Translations under genes and position numbers: made by a program
Assembly: GCA_913055805.1 (NCBI GenBank)
Contig: CAJXLF010000006.1
Coordinates: 1,735-65,734, forward strand
Direction: 5' to 3'
DNA length: 64,000 bases
DNA from: an uncultured Salinisphaerales bacterium
GTDB taxonomy: Bacteria; Pseudomonadota; Gammaproteobacteria; Nevskiales; CAJXLF01
Notes under the pieces: generated by a model
The model's database searches: none
What the model saw: only the letters and a program-made list of their open reading frames with translations
What the model was told of the DNA's origin: nothing
Shown: positions 47,737 through 56,302 of the stretch, piece after piece
Layout of the letters: each line of letters starts with the position of its first letter
Position numbering within the stretch: position 1 is the first letter of the stretch

Positions 47737-48576
47737 ATGGCAGAAAATCCGAACACTGAATACGAGCGTTTGGCGCAAGAGATCTACCAGGCACTGGCGG
47801 GATCTGAGGCCAACAACATCAAAGTCCAGCACAACGTGCTGGTCAAGGGCAGGTCTGGCTGTGAACACCAGATTGATGTTTATTGGGAGTTTTCATCCAT
47901 GGGAGAAACTCACAGAGTCGCGATCGAATGCAAGAACTACAGCCATAATGTCTCGATCGGACGTATCCGCGATTTTCATGCGGCCCTCTTGGATGTGGGG
48001 AACATCAACGGCATCGTGGTTACAAAGCATGGGTTCCAAAGCGGCGCGGTTAAGTACGCCAATTATTACGGCATTTCATTGAAAGAGTGCCGTTTCCCGA
48101 CGCCCAGTGATTGGGAAGGTAGGGTGAAGGACATCGTAATTTCGATCCACGCGTTCATGCCTCACATCACCTCACGTGAGCCAGTTATTGATCTCGCGTG
48201 GGCAGTCGCAAATACCGACCTAAAGGAAGGTGATTCGTTCTCATTCACTGGATACAGCAACGAAATCCAAATCACCGATGAACAAGGCGATGAAATTACA
48301 AATTTCCATGAAATGGAAAGCAAGTTGCCCCAGAACTGGAAGGAAGAAACCGGGCTGACGCACGACTATAAATTTGATAACGCGTACATCGTTGTTCCGG
48401 CTCATGGGCGCCTGAAGCTACTTGGCGTCAAGTACACGTATGATGTCCGCTCCGCTTCATCCGAAACTATTTTGGAAGGTGAAGAAATCGCTCGTGCCAT
48501 ACTCAAAGATGTTCAGTCGGGTGGTATGCACTTCTACGATAAAGATGGAAACATCGCGGAGAAGAGAGACGTATAA
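47737..48576 (+). CDS. Mrr-like restriction-endonuclease-domain protein with an unknown C-terminal domain
   Basis: HQIDVYW...RVAIECKNYSHNVSIGRIRDFHAALLDVGNINGIVVTKHGFQSGAVKYA follows the Mrr_cat D...ExK pattern. The roughly 150-aa C-terminal half is unrecognised. Confidence 0.6.
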   Translation: MAENPNTEYERLAQEIYQALAGSEANNIKVQHNVLVKGRSGCEHQIDVYWEFSSMGETHRVAIECKNYSHNVSIGRIRDFHAALLDVGNINGIVVTKHGFQSGAVKYANYYGISLKECRFPTPSDWEGRVKDIVISIHAFMPHITSREPVIDLAWAVANTDLKEGDSFSFTGYSNEIQITDEQGDEITNFHEMESKLPQNWKEETGLTHDYKFDNAYIVVPAHGRLKLLGVKYTYDVRSASSETILEGEEIARAILKDVQSGGMHFYDKDGNIAEKRDV

Positions 48577-48602
48577 CTCAGTAGTTTTGTTCCAGATAAC
48601 CA

Positions 48603-49247
48603 ATGAGCATTGATAAGGCACTTCACGCACTCGAGGCGTTCCAAGGAGACTCGTTGACTGAGAGTCTCTCGGACATTGAACGCCAGATCATTGGGTCTGG
48701 CGTTGAAGACATGGACGGCTTCTGCGCGATGCGAGGTCTCGACGGTACCTTCATGGATGCCGCCATAGCTGTGAAGCGCGTTGCGGGGCAGATCAACGTC
48801 ATCATCCACGCTGCTGGAATTCTTCGCTCTCTTTCTAGTCTCCTTGAGCCTGGAGAAAAAGTAGAAAGCGTGTCATTGGGGGCGGGCAACACTGGTCGCC
48901 AGTTCGACCTTGAGACCAACATGCGTGTCGCTGAATATAAGTTCATTGACTGGCAGGGCGGTCCAGAGTCCATCCGCCAAAATGGTATTTTCAAGGATTA
49001 CTTCGAGCTAGCAGAGTACGAGACCCCCAAGAAAAAGTACCTGTACGTTGTCGGAACAGAGTACCCCCTAAAATTCTTCAATGGAGGGCGTGCACTGACC
49101 AGTGTCCTCAGCCGCAATCCGAAAATTTTATCGCACATCCATGAGAAGTACGGCAACAGTATCGCCAAGGTTCGCGACTACTACGAGATGAAGAAGAACG
49201 ACGTGACCATTTGCGATGTCACTCCGTACATCAGCAGGAGCGCATAA
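48603..49247 (+). CDS. Hypothetical protein, possible PD-(D/E)xK nuclease
   Basis: It is 214 aa. The candidate motif is GRQFDLETNMRVAEYKF (D-x8-E-x-K). I recall no family match. Confidence 0.45.
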   Translation: MSIDKALHALEAFQGDSLTESLSDIERQIIGSGVEDMDGFCAMRGLDGTFMDAAIAVKRVAGQINVIIHAAGILRSLSSLLEPGEKVESVSLGAGNTGRQFDLETNMRVAEYKFIDWQGGPESIRQNGIFKDYFELAEYETPKKKYLYVVGTEYPLKFFNGGRALTSVLSRNPKILSHIHEKYGNSIAKVRDYYEMKKNDVTICDVTPYISRSA

Positions 49248-49294
49248 CAAGCTTAGGATTCCGGCCGCTCAGCTCCGACCTTAGGTAGCAATTG

Positions 49295-49639
49295 ATGGCA
49301 TCAACAAAGAGCTTAGATGGGTTTGTTTACAATCTTGCCCAAAAATTTAATCTGTCCTGCGAGCATATTTGCCGGATGCTTAATACAAGTGAATTCCCAG
49401 AATTCCGGGCCGATCTCATAACAGGAGAAATCACACCGCCAGAATTTGATATCAGACGCAATAGAATTCTCGTGGACAGAGTTAGAGATTTTTACACCTA
49501 TACAATCGCGCCAATTATAGGCACCAACTGCGTAAGAGCAGAAATAATCTTAACTACGTCGGGTTTTAAGTCCACGACTACAGCTGAAGTAGAAGATTCA
49601 GAAGGTAAAATTTGGTCTAAAGCTATATCTACTGCGTGA
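49295..49639 (+). CDS. Hypothetical 114-aa protein
   Basis: The ORF-track start at 49292 is a TTG, and an ATG follows at 49295. No motifs were recognised. Confidence 0.4.
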   Translation: MASTKSLDGFVYNLAQKFNLSCEHICRMLNTSEFPEFRADLITGEITPPEFDIRRNRILVDRVRDFYTYTIAPIIGTNCVRAEIILTTSGFKSTTTAEVEDSEGKIWSKAISTA

Positions 49640-49649
49640 TTCACGGACA

Positions 49650-49685
49650 TCATTGAACGGGTCGACCTGAAGCCAAAGTCCTTTT
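49650..49685 (+). repeat. Direct repeat copy 2 (relic of an SRAP 3' end)
   Basis: tcattgaacgggtcgacctgaagccaaagtcctttt still reads in frame as IIERVDLKPKSF followed by TGA at 49685-49687. Confidence 0.85.
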
Positions 49686-49689
49686 GAAG

Positions 49690-50490
49690 ATGAAATTTGC
49701 TCTCGTCAACGGAGAACGCCAAGAGGCCCAGCCAAATCTTTCAGGCACGTGCCCAACTTGCAATCACCCGATGGTTGCAAAGTGCGGAGAAGTTCGGATG
49801 TGGCACTGGGCTCACCAAGGAACCCGTTCATGCGACCCATGGTGGGAGAATGAAACCGAATGGCACCGCGCTTGGAAGGGACAGTTTCCCGTCCACTGGC
49901 AGGAGATCGTTCATACAGCTGAAACCGGTGAGAAGCATATTGCGGATGTAAAGACTGATCGCGATTGGGTGATCGAGTTCCAACATTCGTATATCAAGCC
50001 GGAAGAGCGTCGGTCTCGTGATGCCTTTTACCCAAAATTAGTTTGGGTGGTAAATGGAACAAGACGAAGGAGAGATAGGGTTCAATTTGCAAATGTGTGG
50101 AACGAGGGTTTGCAGCTAAACTCTTCTGTTCGACTGGTCGACTCGGATAAATGCCTACTCCTGAAGGAATGGGCAAGCAGCCATTGGCCAATATTCTTCG
50201 ACTTCCGCGAAGAGCATGTGCTTTGGTGGCTTCTCCATAGAAGTAAAAACAAAGATCGGTTGGTATACGTCGCACCGTTTGCGCGTGCAGACTTTATCGA
50301 AAGCCACTATGTCGGAGCAACACAAGAGGGCCAAAATTTCGATGACATTGTGAGAGGTATCGGCGAACTTGATGTGCGTCACGAATTACAACTCTGGGAC
50401 AAGGCGTTGAAACGCTCTGAACCGAAACAACCACTTCGAAACTTCGAACGATACTTGTATCTCAAGGGGAAGCGTCAGAGACGGTTTTAA
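49690..50490 (+). CDS. CoiA-like (competence protein CoiA family) nuclease-fold protein
   Basis: CPTCNHPMVAKCGEVRMWHWAH....ENETEWHRAWK and HIADV...VIEFQHS match the CoiA family pattern as I recall it. Confidence 0.65.
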   Translation: MKFALVNGERQEAQPNLSGTCPTCNHPMVAKCGEVRMWHWAHQGTRSCDPWWENETEWHRAWKGQFPVHWQEIVHTAETGEKHIADVKTDRDWVIEFQHSYIKPEERRSRDAFYPKLVWVVNGTRRRRDRVQFANVWNEGLQLNSSVRLVDSDKCLLLKEWASSHWPIFFDFREEHVLWWLLHRSKNKDRLVYVAPFARADFIESHYVGATQEGQNFDDIVRGIGELDVRHELQLWDKALKRSEPKQPLRNFERYLYLKGKRQRRF

Positions 50491-50543
50491 GGTAGCGAAG
50501 GCCTTTATACGGTTATTATTAGTTAGGTATCAGAAGAATCACT

Positions 50544-51035
50544 ATGCGGGTAGCCACGACTCAAGATCTGCCGCGAATTGTTGAAATATATAATTCGACT
50601 ATCTCTTCACGTACAGCCACGGCAGACACTGTCCCAGTATCAATCGAGAGCAAAGTCGCTTGGTTTAATGCCCATAATCCCGCCACTAGGCCATTGTTAG
50701 TTAAAGAGCGAAATTCCACCTTAATTGGCTGGTTAAGCTTTGAAAATTTCTATGGCCGTCCGGCATATTCACATACGGCAGAAATAAGCATCTATATAGA
50801 TGAAAAGTTTAGAGGTATGGGGCTAGGTAAAGAAATGCTGCAGTATGCTATCGAGTTAGCTCCTTCTCTCAACTTGAAGAATCTTCTGGGTTTTGTGTTC
50901 AGGCACAACCAGGCAAGCATTGCGTTACTCTCTAATTTTGGTTTTGAGCAGTGGGGTTTATTGCCAAACATCGCAACAATGGATGGTGAGTCTTATGCGC
51001 TCTGTATTTATGGCTTGTCACTATCTGATACCTAA
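50544..51035 (+). CDS. GNAT family N-acetyltransferase (phosphinothricin/amino-acid acetyltransferase-like)
   Basis: It has the acetyl-CoA loop FRGMGLGKEML. The PAT-like N-terminus is IVEIYNSTISSRTATADT, followed by FGFEQWG. Confidence 0.85.
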   Translation: MRVATTQDLPRIVEIYNSTISSRTATADTVPVSIESKVAWFNAHNPATRPLLVKERNSTLIGWLSFENFYGRPAYSHTAEISIYIDEKFRGMGLGKEMLQYAIELAPSLNLKNLLGFVFRHNQASIALLSNFGFEQWGLLPNIATMDGESYALCIYGLSLSDT

Positions 51036-51105
51036 CACCTCGCGAAACATTGCACCTTCGGGGTGGGACGCGCCTTTCAGACGTGCCCCTTAACTTCATC
51101 CAGCG

Positions 51106-52068
51106 TTGGGCATCAAGGTGAGCCAATTCAACTTCCGCGTTCGATTCAATCTACCTAATGGCTTTCGCATCAATGCAGAAGAAGAGAAGCTGCATCTAGT
51201 TCAGCTACCTTCAGGAGTGGAGCTAATTCTGACGACCGGCCAGACAGGAGTCCCGATCAAGGAATGCTCCAGGGCAGTGGTGACGGGAAAAGGCTTTGAA
51301 ACGGCAGAAGAAGCGCAGGCTGTCGCGGAAAAGGTAAAGAGGGTTTTGCTCTTCTGGTCCGTAAAATATCGTCATGGCATAGATTTAGGTGACGGCCGTC
51401 AACGTAGTGTCGCAACGAATGCTGGTCTGGCACTCCTAGAACAAGAGCATGGCTGTCCGTTCCGCAATGACATACACGGGATCGATGTATTCGAGCATCA
51501 AGATAACTTGAAGTTCGTGCATGTGGGAATGCAGGCTACTGCACAGAAGCATCCGCGATATCTCGTAGAAACATTTCAAGAGGAGATTCATGCCAGTCGC
51601 TCGGTCAGCCCAAAGCAAGAATTGGCGTGCGAGCTTTACGTCAGTTCGTGGTTTGATGTCAGTTACAGAAGCCGATTCATTACTTTGGTGACAGCGGTCG
51701 AAGCTCTGATAGAGCAAAATGAGCACCCTGAGGAGGTGGCCGCTCTGCTGAACTCCACCAACACGAACCTTAAAAGCCTTCCTCTCCCGGCGGATGTCGT
51801 AGCGTCCATTTCTGGAGGCTTGGGGCGGTTGAAGCGCCAGTCAATTAGTCAAGCTGGTAGGGAGTTGGCCAGAGCCCTGCTGCCCAATCGTCAGTTCCAG
51901 GGAAAGGATGCCGATAAGTACTTTTCATATTGCTATAACCTCCGGAGCGAAATTCTTCATAACGGTGCACCGCCCGACGGAGTGGATATGCTTCAAGTTG
52001 CGAACGAGGCAGAGGAATTCGTGTCGGCATTGCTGCTTGCTTCACTCGGGGAAGCGTCGGCGTGTTGA
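51106..52068 (+). CDS. Hypothetical protein with a possible C-terminal HEPN domain
   Basis: It has an R-x4-H motif (LRSEILH) in an all-helical C-terminal region (FITLVTAVEALIE...). The start is non-ATG, either TTG 51106 or GTG 51118. Confidence 0.4.
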   Translation: MGIKVSQFNFRVRFNLPNGFRINAEEEKLHLVQLPSGVELILTTGQTGVPIKECSRAVVTGKGFETAEEAQAVAEKVKRVLLFWSVKYRHGIDLGDGRQRSVATNAGLALLEQEHGCPFRNDIHGIDVFEHQDNLKFVHVGMQATAQKHPRYLVETFQEEIHASRSVSPKQELACELYVSSWFDVSYRSRFITLVTAVEALIEQNEHPEEVAALLNSTNTNLKSLPLPADVVASISGGLGRLKRQSISQAGRELARALLPNRQFQGKDADKYFSYCYNLRSEILHNGAPPDGVDMLQVANEAEEFVSALLLASLGEASAC

Positions 52069-52150
52069 CACCCAACACTTATGAGGCCTCCAGTAGTCAG
52101 AGGCAAAGGGGAGCCGCTGAGTCTCGAACCCAGGGTGTGGGTTACCCTGC

Positions 52151-52285
52151 GATGTGCGAGAAGCAGCCTACTGGTGGATGATCGAGTACAACGAAGAGCG
52201 GCCCCATGACTCACTGGGTGATCTGACACCCGTTGAGCACTATGCCAAGTACACCGGAAACTCTAGTTTACAACTGTCCGCTTGA
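52151..52285 (+). mobile_element. IS3-family transposase 3' remnant (pseudogene fragment)
   Basis: It translates to DVREAAYWWMIEYNEERPHDSLGDLTPVEHYAK...*, which is the integrase-core C-terminal signature. A stop lies upstream in frame at 52118 and there is no N-terminal part. Confidence 0.6.
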
Positions 52286-52601
52286 CGGGGAAGCTTACGG
52301 CCCGTTCGCGTGTTTGGACAGTTTCACGGGTAGAGGCAGGTCTGGCAAAGAGGTTACGCTTACTGACGTGAGCGTAAAACACAATTGTGAAAGCCGCGAA
52401 GATCGTTGGTACGGCGATATCAAGCAGTATCAAAGAACAAGCTGTAAGCAGACGGCGATGGGCTGGACGAAATCGTGTGTGATACTAACGCTGGGAAACA
52501 CTTGGCTCGTATTCGGTGATGAAGCGAGACGAGACCTCTTTTTTACAGAACTGACTTCCGCGTTTACGGACTGGAGATCGAGATATCCAGACTTGCAGTG
52601 A
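52242..52601 (+). CDS. Hypothetical protein (doubtful)
   Basis: ORF 52233..52601. Its 5' end overlaps the IS3 remnant in another frame. No motifs were recognised. Confidence 0.25.
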   Translation: MPSTPETLVYNCPLDGEAYGPFACLDSFTGRGRSGKEVTLTDVSVKHNCESREDRWYGDIKQYQRTSCKQTAMGWTKSCVILTLGNTWLVFGDEARRDLFFTELTSAFTDWRSRYPDLQ

Positions 52602-52739
52602 CTCTTATAATTTGCACGACGCGCTAACCCTTGGCGTTGCAACTGCCACCTAACAAGACAATGCAGTTGACAGTTTTCCGCTATGCTCCAAACGGTAAGT
52701 GATGGTATTCGTTGGCCAGCGATACTGACGGAGGTACAT

Positions 52740-53468
52740 ATGCCCCTTAACGCCAGTCTAGTGCCGACTCTCGCGCTAGCAACGTTCGCCGTTGCCGGGT
52801 GCTCACCAAGTGAGCCGGGCCCACGGTTGGCAGACTCTAACGCAAGAGAAATCATGGAAGAATACTGCAGTGAGGGCATTTGGCGAATTCAACTCGGGGA
52901 TGTTGAAGTTCTCCGACCAGGATTCCGCCAAGCTGAAGAGCGCCAGACACTCAGTCAACCCCAAGCTGGCAACTCCAAAAAGCCTCGGCTCTCAGCGAAC
53001 GCTTACCAGGACCTCAAGACATGGCAGGTTGCGGGTCTAATCGAGATAACAACCAAAGAGATTCTTGGTGAGAGATCTAGCCGTCAGGACGGCGTTCAGA
53101 TGGTTGTACATGTTTCTGCCACGGAGCGCGGTCGGGAATTCGACGCCGAGTCCAGTTCAAAGGACAGTCTTGTCATACGTTCCGCGCCTTGTCGGGTGGA
53201 TGCAATCGTGACCAATCAACTCATCACAACGGATGCGGATATCTTCAGAATTGTAAAGGGTACTTATACCAGTCAACTCTCGGATGAACTCACGCGATAC
53301 TACGAGGCCATCGGTCATCCACGCACAAGTGAGCGAAAATTCCAGCTCCTCCTAAAGTTCGATCCGTTTGATAAGGACTGGAACATCGTTGCCTATGATG
53401 GCGCAAACATTAGTTCGGAGTTCCCCTCGGACAAAGTTGGGAAATACCTTTCCGGGCTAAGCCGATGA
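52740..53468 (+). CDS. Lipoprotein, unknown function
   Basis: ATG 52740 has a GGAGG SD. The signal MPLNASLVPTLALATFAVAGC carries a lipobox. Confidence 0.55.
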   Translation: MPLNASLVPTLALATFAVAGCSPSEPGPRLADSNAREIMEEYCSEGIWRIQLGDVEVLRPGFRQAEERQTLSQPQAGNSKKPRLSANAYQDLKTWQVAGLIEITTKEILGERSSRQDGVQMVVHVSATERGREFDAESSSKDSLVIRSAPCRVDAIVTNQLITTDADIFRIVKGTYTSQLSDELTRYYEAIGHPRTSERKFQLLLKFDPFDKDWNIVAYDGANISSEFPSDKVGKYLSGLSR

Positions 53469-53529
53469 AGCAGACGGTCGCCTTCTGTACCGCAGCTTAT
53501 TGGCGGGCCGTTAGAGAAAAACACCTCGC

Positions 53530-54177
53530 ATGTCCAAAGATAAACCAGGAATCATAGAAAAATCATCTAGCGATACCGCTCATACCCTAGCTAAAGCGGG
53601 TCTTTCTGCTGTGCCCATTTTTGGGGGGGCTGCAGCTGAGATTTTTCAAATGCTAGTACAGCCACCTCTTGAGCGCAGGCGCCAGATTTGGATGAGAGAA
53701 GTAGGCGCACGCCTAAAGACATTAGAAGATGAAGGCTTCAAACTAGAGCAGCTTCAAAATGATGAAAGATTTATATCAACCGTCTTGCACGCTTCAAACT
53801 TGGCGCTTCGTACACATCAGGAAGAGAAGCGCAAAGCGCTTCGAAACGCAATTATAAATGTAGCTAAAGGTCAGTCACCTGAGGAAGCAGTTGAATTTAT
53901 GTTTCTAGAATATATTGATTCACTATCTGTGCTGCATATAAAAATCCTCCGCTTTCTTCAAGAAAGATCCCCGTCAATGAACATCAACATTAGACGTAAT
54001 CTCTTGGGGCAGAATATTCCAGAATTAGTAGGGCAAGAGGGTTTATATCATCGGTTCCGCGAGGACCTCGCTTTAAAGGGCTTGATCATTAAAAATGGAG
54101 GGCGAGGAAAGCTTTCTGAGCATAAACGTACAACCTGGCTTGGGGATGAATTTCTAGCGTTTATTTCTGAGCGTTAA
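53530..54177 (+). CDS. Hypothetical protein (weak Abi-alpha/DUF4393-like pattern)
   Basis: It is 215 aa and helical. The segment EEKRKALRNAIINVAKG....FMFLEYIDSLSVLHIKILRFL resembles the DUF4393 core as I recall it. This is not verified. Confidence 0.4.
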   Translation: MSKDKPGIIEKSSSDTAHTLAKAGLSAVPIFGGAAAEIFQMLVQPPLERRRQIWMREVGARLKTLEDEGFKLEQLQNDERFISTVLHASNLALRTHQEEKRKALRNAIINVAKGQSPEEAVEFMFLEYIDSLSVLHIKILRFLQERSPSMNINIRRNLLGQNIPELVGQEGLYHRFREDLALKGLIIKNGGRGKLSEHKRTTWLGDEFLAFISER

Positions 54178-54373
54178 GAAAATGCTCTATCAAGTCACTC
54201 AACGAGGATGTTGAGCATCCCCTGAAAAAGTGGGTGCTTATAGTTCCATCGGTAGACGACTAGCAACGTGGACTCCTTGCGCAATAATAGTCCTAGCCTC
54301 ACTCACAAGACCGATATAAAGCCACGTTCCATCTCGGCCCCGTAACCGATTTCTTGACTTCTGGGCACCTCTG

Positions 54374-54393
54374 TACTGTAAATAAATACAGTA
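54374..54393. promoter_or_regulatory. LexA (SOS) box TACTGTAAATAAATACAGTA
   Basis: It is a perfect CTGT-N8-ACAG palindrome 17 nt upstream of umuD. It overlaps the -10 region of a promoter with a TTGACT -35 at 54354-54359. Confidence 0.85.
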
Positions 54394-54410
54394 TCTAGGA
54401 AATAGCCATC

Positions 54411-54896
54411 ATGAATTCGTTCCAGAGCCCCCAATTTGCGGCCGGCGGCCAAGCCAATGCGATTCTCATGGGTCAGGCTGCAGAGCAGCCAGAACGCGTC
54501 TACCGGCCTCTAGTGGAGTCTCCCAGGCCACAGGCAGGCTTCCCGTCCCCAGCCGCCGATTATGTGGAGCAGCCGCTCGATCTGAACGAATTGCTGGTTC
54601 GCAACCCGCCGGCCACCTTCTTCGCTCGTGTATGCGGCTATTCGCTGGTGGACAGGGCCATCCTGAATGGCGACATCGTCTCGGTTGATCGTTCCATTGA
54701 CCCTACATTCGGCAAAGTCGTTGTGGCTACCGCTGACGGCGATATTTACATCAAGGAGCTTGGAAAGGTGAACGGCCGGCCGGCTCTTATTTCCCGCAAC
54801 GAAAAGCATGCACATACTTACCCGCCAATCATCCTGGATGAGGTTCAGGATTACGAAATCTTCGGTGTGGTCACAGGAGTCGTGCGTACCCTGTAA
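54411..54896 (+). CDS. umuD: Translesion polymerase V accessory subunit UmuD (S24 self-cleaving)
   Basis: [21 protein letters not shown] aligns with the E. coli UmuD cleavage region. The catalytic Ser (GYSL) and Lys (IKEL) are retained. Confidence 0.9.
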   Translation: MNSFQSPQFAAGGQANAILMGQAAEQPERVYRPLVESPRPQAGFPSPAADYVEQPLDLNELLVRNPPATFFARVCGYSLVDRAILNGDIVSVDRSIDPTFGKVVVATADGDIYIKELGKVNGRPALISRNEKHAHTYPPIILDEVQDYEIFGVVTGVVRTL

Positions 54897-56155
54897 TGCC
54901 GCTCTTCGCCCTGGCCGACGTCAATAATTTCTACGCGAGCTGCGAAAAGGTCTTTGACCCCAAGCTGCGGGGCAAGCCCGTCGTCGTCCTGTCCAATAAT
55001 GATGGCTGTGTGGTCGCCCGCTCACCGGAGGCCAAGGCGCTTGGCATCGGTATGGCTGTTCCCTGGCATGAACTCAAGGACGGCCTGCCTGGGGTTATTG
55101 CTTTGTCAAGCAACTACACCCTCTATGCGGATATGAGTAACCGCGTGATGCGCATTCTGGGCGATATGGTGCCCGCTCAGGAGATTTACTCCATTGACGA
55201 AACCTTCCTCGATCTGACAGGAATCAAGCGCCCTGACGAGCTGGGACATGCCATGAAGGCCAGAGTCGCCCAGTGGATCGGGCTACCCATCTGTGTGGGC
55301 ATGGGCTCCACCAAGACTCGAGCCAAGATCAGCAACCATGTGGCCAAGAAGCAGCCGCAGTACGGCGGGGTGTTCGACCTGGAAACTCTGACGCCGCCTC
55401 AAGAGGATGCCCTCCTGACCAGCATTGACGTGGGAGAGGTCTGGGGCGTAGGCAGCCGGATCGCCAAGCGTCTTCGGGGCATGGCCATCGAAACCGTGAA
55501 GGACTTGCGGGACGCAGATCCCAAGGTCATGCAAGATCAGTTCAGCGTGGTGCTGGAACGCACTGTCAAGGAATTAAAAGGCACCTCCTGCCTGGAGCTG
55601 GAAGAGGTTTATCCACCGAAGCAACAAATCATGTGCTCACATAGCTTCGGGAGAGACATCAGCGAATTTCAGGATTTGCGAGAGGCACTGTCCACCTACA
55701 CCGCCAGGGCCTGCGAGAAGCTGCGGGCGCAGCAGCATATGGCAGGCGCAGTCTACACCTTCATCCACACCAATCCCTTCAAAAAGGGGCCACAACTTTC
55801 ACGCGGAATCACGTTGCCATTAGGCGACCAGACGGATGACACGCTGACGATTTCCAAGTACGTTCAGAACGCCCTTCGAGCACTGTATTTCCCCGGATAC
55901 CGTTACAAAAAAGCCGGCGTCATGTTGATGGAATTGAGGCCCAAAGAGATGCGGCAGACGGCCCTGTTTGATGACCCGGCCAGGCTTAAAAAACGTGATG
56001 AACTCAACAAAGCGTTGGATACCCTGAATCTGGAATATGGGCTCGGAACCGTCTCATTCGGGGTCACCAAAGGCCGGAAAAACTGGAAGATGCGGCAACT
56101 GAATAAAACGCCTCGATATACGACGCGGTGGAGCGATTTGATGCGAGTTCATTAG
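54896..56155 (+). CDS. umuC: Y-family DNA polymerase UmuC
   Basis: The N-terminus is [51 protein letters not shown]. It overlaps umuD by TAATG. Confidence 0.9.
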   Translation: MPLFALADVNNFYASCEKVFDPKLRGKPVVVLSNNDGCVVARSPEAKALGIGMAVPWHELKDGLPGVIALSSNYTLYADMSNRVMRILGDMVPAQEIYSIDETFLDLTGIKRPDELGHAMKARVAQWIGLPICVGMGSTKTRAKISNHVAKKQPQYGGVFDLETLTPPQEDALLTSIDVGEVWGVGSRIAKRLRGMAIETVKDLRDADPKVMQDQFSVVLERTVKELKGTSCLELEEVYPPKQQIMCSHSFGRDISEFQDLREALSTYTARACEKLRAQQHMAGAVYTFIHTNPFKKGPQLSRGITLPLGDQTDDTLTISKYVQNALRALYFPGYRYKKAGVMLMELRPKEMRQTALFDDPARLKKRDELNKALDTLNLEYGLGTVSFGVTKGRKNWKMRQLNKTPRYTTRWSDLMRVH

Positions 56156-56302
56156 TCCCATCGATATAACAGTTCGCAAAGAATCAGAATTCAGTTTTTT
56201 CGAAATCTTCTAACGTACTGACAAAATCTTCCGAGTGTTAGCTATCGCTCTTTAGTACTACAACCAGGATAACGGTCTTCTACCGAACATCAAATGCCTT
56301 AA

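Noticed and set aside
44500-54200. A possible chromosomal integron cassette array, given many short same-strand ORFs.
   Set aside because: I inspected the intergenic regions for attC-like sites, meaning RYYYAAC ... GTTRRRY flanking imperfect palindromes. None fits. The nearest is GCCGTTAGAG at about 53505, which lacks the R'' partner. No intI gene is present.
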